This document shows, piece after piece, positions 18,082 through 25,672 of a stretch of 25,672 nt of DNA. The stretch comes from an uncultured archaeon (GTDB lineage: Archaea > Asgardarchaeota > Thorarchaeia > Thorarchaeales > Thorarchaeaceae). The stretch lies in the NCBI GenBank assembly GCA_964631415.1, contig CAZVZC010000032.1:1-25672 (forward strand), in the 5' to 3' direction. Numbering within the stretch: position 1 is the first letter of the stretch; each line of letters opens with the position of its first letter. Position numbers and translations under genes: made by a program. The notes beneath the pieces were generated by a model. That model was not told the DNA's origin. It did no database searches and saw only the letters and a list, made by a program, of their open reading frames with translations.

Positions 18082-20088
18082 GTGAAGAGCAACCTAGTCA
18101 AGGCACTGGTCTTGACCCTTCTCGTCGTCCCATTTGTGTGCTCAGCATATTCCACGGCTGACAATCAAGTCTGGACGCAGCCGTCAAGTCAAGCCACGTT
18201 TCCTGCTGGTGCCTTTGCCGCGGCCTCGACACAGTACTTCAACGCCACTCAGTTGTGGGACGAGTTATGGAACGCGACGTCGAAGGACAACCTGGGTAAC
18301 TACACCAAGACCCTCTCTGACGATTACCCACAGCGACGCTGGCATGCGGAGAATATGACACCCTCCGTTGCACTCGAGGGGGCATGGTACTGGGCCAACG
18401 AGTCGATGAAGAACAACACAGGTGGCAATGTTGTCTTTCACCATGTGACACAGTACGAGTCACTCCTCGCAATCAAGAATGGTACCGGCCCTGCGCCGAG
18501 ACAGGCGATTCTTGTCACCGGAGTCATCGACTGCGATGCAACCCCAGGTGCCAACAGCGCAGGCTCTACTGTGGCTGCCGTGCTTGAGATTGCGAGAATC
18601 ATCGACCAATATCCTCTGGTGTGCGATGTCTACTATGTCCTGATTAACAGAGGAACAAACGACACCGTGTACGATCTCGGCAGCAGGGCCTTCGTCTCAT
18701 GGCTTGTTGCAGGCAAGGTGGAAACTGTCACCGCCTTGTCCTTTGAGCGTTTCCTGTTTGAAAACGTCAACTACCTGTACGGGACGAGGTTCTCTTTGAG
18801 GACCTACACAGGCAGCTCCGTCTACCAGCAGACTAGATGGACTCCAGACATCATGCTGATGCTGTCTTCCACCTATGGCTCGGGGAAGGCCATGTTAGCC
18901 ACAGACTACTCAGTGGCGAAGAGGTCCATGGCATATGAGATGTGGCAGGTAGGCAGGTCTGCAGTCCATGTTTCTCAGGGTTACTGGTCAGACCCATATC
19001 ACGGTACCGCGAACGACATCTGGAGTAACTCTCGCTACAGCTACGAGAAGGGTAGAGAGATCGTGGCGTGTGCCGCCTCTGCAGTAGTATATGTCGCAAG
19101 CCTAGGTACAGGAGATATAGCGACTTTCAGTGGCAACGCGAGCTTGGGACCTCAAGAGAGCACCTCGGCACTGTTCATGTTGACATTCATTGGCTTTGTA
19201 AATGTCACAATCCAGTGGGACATGAACACAACCGTCAATGGCAGCCTTAGGACCGAAGCGACCCAACAACTGCTGTACAGCAGAGTCGAGAACGACCGGC
19301 TGATAATCATGAAGTATCTGTCCAAATCATCTGGCCAAATCCGGCTTAGTGTCGAAAACATCGGAACAAACTCCACAACCATGGCCTTCAGTGTCACGTT
19401 TCTGAATGACTGTGATGGAGACACTCTGTCAGACTCCTTCGAGATAAGCATCAACACAAACCCCCTCTCGGCGGACTCTGACCGGGACGGGCTCTCAGAC
19501 AGTTTCGAGCTTGCCACTGGGACAGACCCGACTTCGCCAGATTCTGACCATGATGGAGCATTGGATTCTGACGAATACATATGGGGTTCTAGTCCTCTGT
19601 TGAATGACACGGACTCAGATGGACTGCTCGACGGCACTGAAGTCGCCTTCGGCACTGATCCGACCAAGCGGGACACTGATGCTGACGGCCTAGAAGACTG
19701 GCCGGAGATCTACGATTACGGGACCAATCCACTGTCTGCTGACACCGACTCGGATAGCCTTGAAGATGGCTTCGAGGTTTCCACAGGCCTCAACCCGCTC
19801 TCGCCTGATTCAGATGGGGACGGCCTGAGCGATCTCTTTGAGATACTGAATCTCCTGAATCCCCTGAGCAAGGACACAGACGGGGACGGAATGAGTGACG
19901 CCTACGAGGTCGAGTTCTGTCTTGACCCTAGAAACCCCGATACTGACTTCGATGGCATCCCCGATGGAATCGACTGGGACCCAAGAGAACACTGGCTCTC
20001 TACAGTGGCGCCTGCAACGCTGCTGACCGTAGTCTTGTTACTAGGAGTGTTTTCCGTGCTGAAGTACAAGGTCTATGAGCGGCGGTAA
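18082..20088 (+). CDS. Paralogue of the upstream protein (degenerate M28-like domain, Ca-binding repeats, TM helix)
   Basis: GTG at 18082 after GGAG; signal-like KSNLVKALVLTLLVVPFVCSA; PGANSAGSTVAAVLEIAR; DGIDWDPREHW then TM and KYK. Confidence 0.8.
   Translation: MKSNLVKALVLTLLVVPFVCSAYSTADNQVWTQPSSQATFPAGAFAAASTQYFNATQLWDELWNATSKDNLGNYTKTLSDDYPQRRWHAENMTPSVALEGAWYWANESMKNNTGGNVVFHHVTQYESLLAIKNGTGPAPRQAILVTGVIDCDATPGANSAGSTVAAVLEIARIIDQYPLVCDVYYVLINRGTNDTVYDLGSRAFVSWLVAGKVETVTALSFERFLFENVNYLYGTRFSLRTYTGSSVYQQTRWTPDIMLMLSSTYGSGKAMLATDYSVAKRSMAYEMWQVGRSAVHVSQGYWSDPYHGTANDIWSNSRYSYEKGREIVACAASAVVYVASLGTGDIATFSGNASLGPQESTSALFMLTFIGFVNVTIQWDMNTTVNGSLRTEATQQLLYSRVENDRLIIMKYLSKSSGQIRLSVENIGTNSTTMAFSVTFLNDCDGDTLSDSFEISINTNPLSADSDRDGLSDSFELATGTDPTSPDSDHDGALDSDEYIWGSSPLLNDTDSDGLLDGTEVAFGTDPTKRDTDADGLEDWPEIYDYGTNPLSADTDSDSLEDGFEVSTGLNPLSPDSDGDGLSDLFEILNLLNPLSKDTDGDGMSDAYEVEFCLDPRNPDTDFDGIPDGIDWDPREHWLSTVAPATLLTVVLLLGVFSVLKYKVYERR
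19408..19983 (+). repeat. Nine tandem 22-23-aa DxDxDG coding repeats
   Basis: DCDGDT... to DTDFDGIPDGIDWDP; last unit partial. Confidence 0.9.
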
Positions 20089-20104
20089 AGCGGCCCATGC
20101 CGCT
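20089..20104 (+). terminator. GC-rich hairpin immediately after the stop codon
   Basis: AGCGGC-CCAT-GCCGCT; no T-tract. Confidence 0.3.
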
Positions 20105-20291
20105 CAACGACAGACTGGTCAGGAGTCACTCAAGCGGTTCAGATACCCTAGAGACGTTCATCCTTCCTCAATCACATAGTGGAGTTTCATCATCACCGCA
20201 CGCATTGGCGAACAGTCGTCGGATATGAGTGTTATCTACAGACCATGAGCGGAATCACAATGCTCTTCTTGTCTGTGCGGTTCCAAACAGA

Positions 20292-21140
20292 GTGATGAAG
20301 AGCCTTACCGTCAGTCATTTCAGCCTGACAAACACACTCGAATGCGGACAGACATTCTGTTGGTCCAGAGAAGGGCGGGGCTACATGAATGCAGACATAG
20401 GACAGGTCGTCTATGTTGAACAGGATGATGACACACTGCTCTATGAGACCTCAGCTGGAGATGTCGACGTGGAAGGGTTGTTAGGGCTGGCAGACCCAGT
20501 AGACGAGATACAGAGAGCAGTCGCTAAGGATGACCTGATGAAAAGGAGCATGGCGTTTGCTCCGGGCCTGCGCATTGTACGGGACCCCTTCTATCCTTGT
20601 CTGATTTCCTTCTTGTGCTCAATCCGCAACAACATTCCCAACATCAATAGGATGACCCAGAACATTAGAAACCGTTACGGGCCGTCCTACAGATTCAGAG
20701 GACGTGAGCACCACGGTTTCCCTAGCCCTGAGCAGATTTCAAAAGTCACATCTGATGACCTGAGGACCTTTGGTCTCGACTGGCGCTCGGAGTTCATCGT
20801 TAGGTCGACAGCTTCGATTCTGAATGGTGAAGTGGACCCGCAGGCACTGAAGATTATGAAGTATGATGAAGCGCATGAAACCCTGAAGACCCTCTATGGT
20901 GTCGGAGACAAGGTCGCTGACTGTGTATGTCTCTTCTCTCTCGGTTTTCTCGAGGCTTTTCCGATCGATGTCTGGATTGAGCGTGTCATCCAAGAACAGT
21001 ACGGGCTGTTCACGAAGGCTGGCAAGTCATATGCAAAGATGTCGGCGGCTGCTAGAGAGTATTTCGGCAGATACGCAGGCTACGCTCAGGAGTACCTGTA
21101 CTACTATACCCGTACCGGAGGCGCCAAGCCCAAGAGATAG
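20292..21140 (+). CDS. 8-oxoguanine DNA glycosylase (Ogg1-type, HhH-GPD)
   Basis: TLECGQTF, GLRI, LISFLCS..NNIPNI, FPSPE, GVGDKVADC, FPIDVW, YAGYAQEYLY; start GTG 20292 or ATG 20295. Confidence 0.88.
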   Translation: MMKSLTVSHFSLTNTLECGQTFCWSREGRGYMNADIGQVVYVEQDDDTLLYETSAGDVDVEGLLGLADPVDEIQRAVAKDDLMKRSMAFAPGLRIVRDPFYPCLISFLCSIRNNIPNINRMTQNIRNRYGPSYRFRGREHHGFPSPEQISKVTSDDLRTFGLDWRSEFIVRSTASILNGEVDPQALKIMKYDEAHETLKTLYGVGDKVADCVCLFSLGFLEAFPIDVWIERVIQEQYGLFTKAGKSYAKMSAAAREYFGRYAGYAQEYLYYYTRTGGAKPKR

Positions 21141-21143
21141 CGA

Positions 21144-22286
21144 CTATGAGAGGCTCTGCCTCTTCCTCTTCTTCGCAGCATACCACGAGCGGTTCTCAAT
21201 CCCCTTGAGCATTTCCCAGGCCCGAGTCTTGTAGAACGCAAGTGGGTGAATGATGTACTCGCAGAGCGGGTCGAATGTGACACCTAGGTACACTGGACAG
21301 AGACCGTTGCCTTGAATCTTCTTGCAGCCGGGAGGAGTGTACCCTTGCCCGCCTGACTTTGACGATATGTGTCGTATCTGGTACCTTGCAAGATCGGTCA
21401 CGAAGTCGGGTGATGACCTAAAGACACCTAGAACTTCATCTTGGCTCATTCCAATCTTGAGTAGGAATGCGGCCAGAGTGAACCTGGCCTCATGAGGAAG
21501 GTTCTTTCCTTGAATCGAGTCATCATGCATCTGCGCGATGCAGGGAGGAAACGCTGACACGACTGTTTCTGTGATCTTCACGGGTTCGGTGACATGTGCC
21601 TTTCGACGGAACTCTGTTTCAACTCTCTGAACTGCCTCCGTCAGGCGGGCTGGTAGCGTTGGCACCTTGAGCGTGCTGTTCAGGATGAGCTGCTTGTACT
21701 TTCCAGACATCAACCGCTTCAGCTCCAAGCTCTGGACTGGTATCCAACCAGCGTCCAAATAGCGGTTAACAAGCTTCCAAGGTGGCTGATGAAACCCTGG
21801 TGCGACCTCGAGGAAGTTCTCGAACCTCATGCGAAAGTCAAAAGACCTGAGCCAGACAGGGAGTCGCGCTCTGTCGACTGGCTTTCCAGTAGACTCAATC
21901 TGCCATCCAAAAGAGGACTGACAGAGGTGTATCACAACATCGTCCTTCTCGGCGTCCAAGTGCTTGTTGACTGTCTTTGACTCGGCCTCGGCCTGATACT
22001 CCCTGAGACGAGGGTCGCCAATCTTCTCGACAACCAAGCGTGATGTCGGAGAAATCAGGAAATCTCGCTCGTCATTGCTGTTGACCAACTGAATCTCAGA
22101 CTGGTCTATGGCTGCGATGATGCGACGCTCAGCCTCATCGACCACGGGTTCATACTGATCTCCATCAAGGAGGCTAATCAGACTCCCTAGGTCCTTCGCC
22201 ATATTCTGTGTAACAGCTCTGGTTTCTGCTGAGAATGGGTACCGAAGCATCTGCAGCCGTGTCAGTCTTACGCTCGTCACGTTCAC
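21144..22286 (-). CDS. priL: DNA primase large subunit
   Basis: RYPF, WKLVNR..GW, FPPCI, NLPHEARF, PDF...ARYQIRHI, YTPPGC...GLC...C..IIHPLAFY (four Fe-S Cys). Confidence 0.93.
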   Translation of the reverse strand: MNVTSVRLTRLQMLRYPFSAETRAVTQNMAKDLGSLISLLDGDQYEPVVDEAERRIIAAIDQSEIQLVNSNDERDFLISPTSRLVVEKIGDPRLREYQAEAESKTVNKHLDAEKDDVVIHLCQSSFGWQIESTGKPVDRARLPVWLRSFDFRMRFENFLEVAPGFHQPPWKLVNRYLDAGWIPVQSLELKRLMSGKYKQLILNSTLKVPTLPARLTEAVQRVETEFRRKAHVTEPVKITETVVSAFPPCIAQMHDDSIQGKNLPHEARFTLAAFLLKIGMSQDEVLGVFRSSPDFVTDLARYQIRHISSKSGGQGYTPPGCKKIQGNGLCPVYLGVTFDPLCEYIIHPLAFYKTRAWEMLKGIENRSWYAAKKRKRQSLS

Positions 22287-22510
22287 TGTTCAATGGTACT
22301 TTGACAAAACTGGACATATATCCTCTGTCATTCTGGAAAGGACACCGGGAATCCGATTGGCACGTGTCATCCTTCTCAGGACAATAGACAGATTAGTGGG
22401 CAGTACCAACATTAGGAGCTCAATGAAACCCTGAGGGATTCGATAGTGGGGGTATCCTACAGTAAAGGCGTGGAGAAGCACAAACCTACCTCAGGTGGTG
22501 GTGGCACGAC

Positions 22511-23641
22511 GTGAGGAAAAGAAGCATAGTGTTCATTCTGCTGGTGATCATAGTCACGCCTACGGTCATTGTTGGTGTCATGCTTCTTGACAAACCCAGG
22601 CCTAGTCCGCCAAGAGTCGCTTTTGTCATGCCAACGTTCAGCCACACCGCCTACAGTGCCGCATTCTACAATTTCTACCGTCTGCATATCAATGACAACG
22701 AGAGCTACATCACGACTGATCTGCAGTTCTTGAATGTAACAGTCAAGTCCGGTTGGAGCTGGAGTGGAGGATTATGCAGGTTTCTGAACCACACTAACGA
22801 CATCATGCCCCAGCTGTTTGAAGGCGGGGGATGGACCATCATTGACGAGAGAGATGTCGCCATGGGTGCGCTGTTCTCGGATAGCGGAAACCGAGTCTAT
22901 GATGTCGTAGTATGTGGTTTTGTCGAGTACGTGACTAGGCAGGAGTACGCAGACCTCAAGAGGTTCGTTGCCATGGGCGGCACGCTCATTCTCAATGACG
23001 CCTGCAACTTCCTGGCAGAAGTTGCTTACTATCCGTCTACAAATGGCTCAGATTATCTTAGTCTAGTGAATGGCCATGGATGGGCGTTCAACGGCACGCA
23101 TGCCTGGCGGTCTGTGTATCACAGGTGGCCAGAAGAGAACCGGAACTGGGTAGGGAGCAACTACTGGAGATGGTGGGGTGGCATGCATTATGATGGCTTT
23201 GACGCAAACACTACACACCCGATAAGTGAGTTCATCCGCGGCCAATATGGCACTAATGTATCAGGATGCTACTGGGGACATGAGGAGAACAAGATCGAGA
23301 ACATGACCAACACTCGAATAATCGGGTACTGGCGTTTCATCAACTGGTCCGAAGCACCCGCTGAGCCAGTCGCAGCCTATCAACATGACTACCTCAAAGG
23401 CACCGTGTTCCATAGCGGCATTATGGCGAGTGAAACACTGTGCAAAGATCGCTTTGTCATGTCGTTCCTGATTTGTGCGATCCGAATGGGTCTCGGTCTG
23501 AGTGCCTCTCATGAGATCTTGTATGAAAAAACGTATCCGCTATCCGGGCTGCGTTTCTCAATCGTCTGTCCTGAGGCCTGGCAGTTTGATACACTGATGG
23601 CCAGATATGAAAGCTACTCTTCGCTGAAAGTCGGCTGGTAG
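22511..23641 (+). CDS. Membrane-anchored extracellular protein, distantly N,N-dimethylformamidase-beta/GATase-like
   Basis: N-terminal TM; PTFSHTAY...FY, YDVVV...EYVTRQEYADLKRFVAMGGTLI; GGTGGTG RBS; sequons. Confidence 0.6.
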   Translation: MRKRSIVFILLVIIVTPTVIVGVMLLDKPRPSPPRVAFVMPTFSHTAYSAAFYNFYRLHINDNESYITTDLQFLNVTVKSGWSWSGGLCRFLNHTNDIMPQLFEGGGWTIIDERDVAMGALFSDSGNRVYDVVVCGFVEYVTRQEYADLKRFVAMGGTLILNDACNFLAEVAYYPSTNGSDYLSLVNGHGWAFNGTHAWRSVYHRWPEENRNWVGSNYWRWWGGMHYDGFDANTTHPISEFIRGQYGTNVSGCYWGHEENKIENMTNTRIIGYWRFINWSEAPAEPVAAYQHDYLKGTVFHSGIMASETLCKDRFVMSFLICAIRMGLGLSASHEILYEKTYPLSGLRFSIVCPEAWQFDTLMARYESYSSLKVGW

Positions 23642-24507
23642 TCGTCGAGTCCGCGCTCATAGAACTTCTTGCCGCAGGAGGCACAGGAGTACACCTGAAT
23701 CCCCCTAGACATCGCCCATGAGTCAACCACCCGAGAAACGTTTGCACTGCCACATCTGGGACACTTCACCTCTGAGTCATCGTGTGCCCAAGGTGACTTC
23801 TGCTTTCCTTCAGACATGGTACTCACCGGACTTATGTCGTCCGCCAGTATCTGCCCTTTGCTCTTCAGTCCTACGATTACAGCACGTATGTCGATTACGG
23901 AAGACTCAACTCCCGAGAAACCTGCACCTACAAGCATTCTCTCCAAGTCGGACAGACTGTGCCTGCACATGTGGGGGTACCTCCTTCGGGCCTCAACCTC
24001 GTTCATGCCGCCCTTTTTCATGTGGTCGACGAATGCCTGCATGTTTCCAGAGACAAAGTCATAGACAGCATAGATACCACCATCTGCGACTGATTCGTAG
24101 ACCTGTGCCACAAGACCGGCAGGATTGCGGATCTCGTGCAGGAGGAAACCTGAGAAGGCCAAGTCGATAATGCTAGGTGTCAGTCCGAGCACCGATGAGT
24201 CAAAATCCACGGCCTTCAATATTATGTCCTTCTGAGGAAGCTTGCCTTGGAGAAGTTCGGACGCCTGCTTGAGCATTGACTCGCTCGCATCTAGGCCAAT
24301 CACTCGCTTTGCCTTGTACTTGGACAGAGCGTCTGCCAAGAATAGACCAGGACCACACCCGAAATCCGCGACTGTGGCCCGGGTTTTACCCCCGGTCAAC
24401 TTCTGCATGGTCTTCCAGAAGACAGGACCGTATCTCTGAGAGTAGGAGGAAACGAGCTTCTTGACTCGCTCTGGATCGGACCAGTCGGCTCGACCCAAGT
24501 CTGACAT
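23614..24507 (-). CDS. Class I SAM-dependent methyltransferase read in frame into a C-terminal Zn ribbon
   Basis: VADFGCGPG, GLDASESML, LLHEI, GGIYAVYDF; then CPRCGS...CASCGKKF. Confidence 0.85.
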   Translation of the reverse strand: MSDLGRADWSDPERVKKLVSSYSQRYGPVFWKTMQKLTGGKTRATVADFGCGPGLFLADALSKYKAKRVIGLDASESMLKQASELLQGKLPQKDIILKAVDFDSSVLGLTPSIIDLAFSGFLLHEIRNPAGLVAQVYESVADGGIYAVYDFVSGNMQAFVDHMKKGGMNEVEARRRYPHMCRHSLSDLERMLVGAGFSGVESSVIDIRAVIVGLKSKGQILADDISPVSTMSEGKQKSPWAHDDSEVKCPRCGSANVSRVVDSWAMSRGIQVYSCASCGKKFYERGLDDYQPTFSEE

Positions 24508-24509
24508 CT

Positions 24510-25058
24510 CTAGCGACGTCCTAGGATAAGGTCAGCCCTCAGGAGCAGTTCGATGAACTCGCTCAGACTCTGACGAAGGATTTCGGGGTCACTGTATAGC
24601 TTCCTGAGTCCGGCCCTCCTATCTTCAAGTGAGGGGTTGGTCTTCTCGTTAATGATCTTGTAGGCAGCGTTTGGCCGCTCGGCCCACCGACATAGCTCCT
24701 CTAGGTCTGGACTAAGGAAAAGGACCACGGGTGTCTTTCTCTTTCCATTGACCTTGTATTGCTGATGGAACTGAGCGTTACTATCACTATCGATTATCTT
24801 GAGTTGAACCTTCGGTGAGAGTGACACTATGCGTGCTAGGACAGGCAGGTTGCCGGCAGTGTCATTGCAGCGATCGGTCCCAATGACCAGTATTCTGATG
24901 TCATTCTGAATACTCCTCAAGGTTTCCTCCTCAGCCTCATTGACAAGCAGGTCATGGAAACGGGCCTTCATCAGTTCGATGTTTTCCCGTGCCGATTTCA
25001 GAAACGTTTCATAGTCGACCGCATTTACCCAGACTGCCTTGATGGGGTTCTCAGACAT
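24510..25058 (-). CDS. Thioredoxin-fold protein (Thioredoxin_9-like) with CxxT motif
   Basis: ILVIGTDRCNDT..NLPVL, NGKRKTPV (cis-Pro position), RWAERP. Confidence 0.8.
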   Translation of the reverse strand: MSENPIKAVWVNAVDYETFLKSARENIELMKARFHDLLVNEAEEETLRSIQNDIRILVIGTDRCNDTAGNLPVLARIVSLSPKVQLKIIDSDSNAQFHQQYKVNGKRKTPVVLFLSPDLEELCRWAERPNAAYKIINEKTNPSLEDRRAGLRKLYSDPEILRQSLSEFIELLLRADLILGRR

Positions 25059-25199
25059 GGCATTGCTCTCCTAGCAGAAGTAGACCAGCCAAAGGGTCAG
25101 AACCGAATTAGAGCGACCCGATAAAAGGATATCCCGAAGCTGAATCCCAGACGAAGCAATCCAGAAGGCATTCTAGCACTGTCCTTGCGACATCTGTTC

Positions 25200-25550
25200 A
25201 TGAACCAAGACCCGGCCACCAGAGTCATGATCGACATGGAGAAACAGGCTGACTCGAAGAAGGCTGAGATGATCTCCCGCTATGTCAAGGCACCCGGACT
25301 CAGATACCTAGGGCTCAATCTTCCTCAGATCCACAATGCTGTGCGGGAACACATTCAATCACTCCCACCAGATGAATTGCCTGCAGTCATGAAGTACCTC
25401 TGGGAGCTAGGTGTGTATGAGGCAAGACTGGCGGCCATAGACGTGATGAAGAGATACGCCGCAAAGGGTGACATCAGGTCTGCCCTCTCCATCTCATCCG
25501 CATGGATTGACGAAGCGAATACGTGGGCTCTGATGGACCGTTCATTGTAA
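25200..25550 (+). pseudogene. AlkD-like DNA alkylation repair protein, 3'-truncated by a mobile element
   Basis: YLGLNLPQI, LW...YEARLAA, WIDEANTWALMD match the N-terminal half of the family; frame stops three codons after position 25539. Confidence 0.75.
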
Positions 25551-25620
25551 GTTGGACAGACTTGGACATCAAGCAGTCCGCCCAGAAACGGCACTGGGCT
25601 TGGGTTGTTGAACCATTAGG
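25520..25620 (-). ncRNA. Probable omegaRNA (reRNA) 3' scaffold plus flanking guide; 5' boundary unknown
   Basis: Hairpins GCCCAG/CUGGGC and GGAC/GUCC, and GUUCA/UGAAC long-range pairing, overlapping the tnpB 3' end. Confidence 0.55.
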
Positions 25621-25672
25621 ATGTTTCTGGCTGCGTTCACATCTGCGTGCAGCCTGAGGTCACAGCTCGGGC
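25540..25672 (-). mobile_element. Right end of a tnpB-encoding IS (IS607-like; IS200/IS605 not excluded); continues beyond the window
   Basis: tnpB C-terminus, 29-nt tail with TGTCCAA direct repeat, abrupt junction with the alkD-like gene at GG. Confidence 0.8.
25569..25672 (-). CDS. tnpB: TnpB RNA-guided nuclease, C-terminal fragment (partial)
   Basis: Manual translation (C)PSCDLRLHADVNAARNILMVQQPKPSAVSGRTA*: Zn-finger end plus RuvC-III ADxNAAxNI motif. Confidence 0.88.
   Translation of the reverse strand, partial: PSCDLRLHADVNAARNILMVQQPKPSAVSGRTA

Noticed and set aside
17325-19983. Periodic ~66-nt DNA repeats as a CRISPR array
   Set aside because: They are degenerate, in-frame protein repeats; no invariant repeat/spacer pattern and no cas genes
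22369-22439. Imperfect inverted repeat ATCCTTCTCAGG / CCTGAGGGAT in the priL divergent region
   Set aside because: Short, bulged and single-copy; compatible with chance
1144-25058. TAG reassignment (pyrrolysine-type recoding)
   Set aside because: TAG ends genes at their expected C-termini (ABCE1, YkgJ, PriL, Ogg1) and no gene is split by TAG
25540-25568. Single CRISPR-like repeat ending in ATGAAC
   Set aside because: Only one copy, and the flank is host coding sequence; better explained as an IS end/omegaRNA

Overview
Archaeal genomic window, gene-dense, with TATA-box promoters and GGTGA/GGAGG-type ribosome-binding sites. ABCE1 and PriL establish it as archaeal; assignment to an Asgard lineage such as Thorarchaeia is my inference only. 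It carries housekeeping genes (uridine phosphorylase, ABCE1/Rli1, TOPRIM protein, OsmC, MobB, Ogg1-type glycosylase, primase large subunit) and a metalloprotein cluster (YkgJ, PHP, amidohydrolase, Mut7-C). The central block (7.5-20.1 kb) is a MacB/FtsX-type ABC operon with two ~970-aa paralogous permeases and two ATPases, one of them fused to an AbrB-like domain plus a Zn ribbon. Divergent from it, after mobB, are two paralogous membrane-anchored proteins made of a catalytically degenerate M28-peptidase-like domain and nine DxDxDG Ca-binding repeats; this 2+2+2 arrangement is a candidate undescribed surface system. At the right edge, missed by the ORF track, the 3' end of a tnpB gene (xPSC...HADVNAARNI), its probable omegaRNA scaffold and the element right end interrupt an AlkD-like gene at a GG dinucleotide (IS607-like). 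Smaller oddities: a Cys->Glu change in an ABCE1 Fe-S motif, a probable ATT start codon, a methyltransferase read in frame into a Zn-ribbon gene, and a three-hairpin intergenic element.
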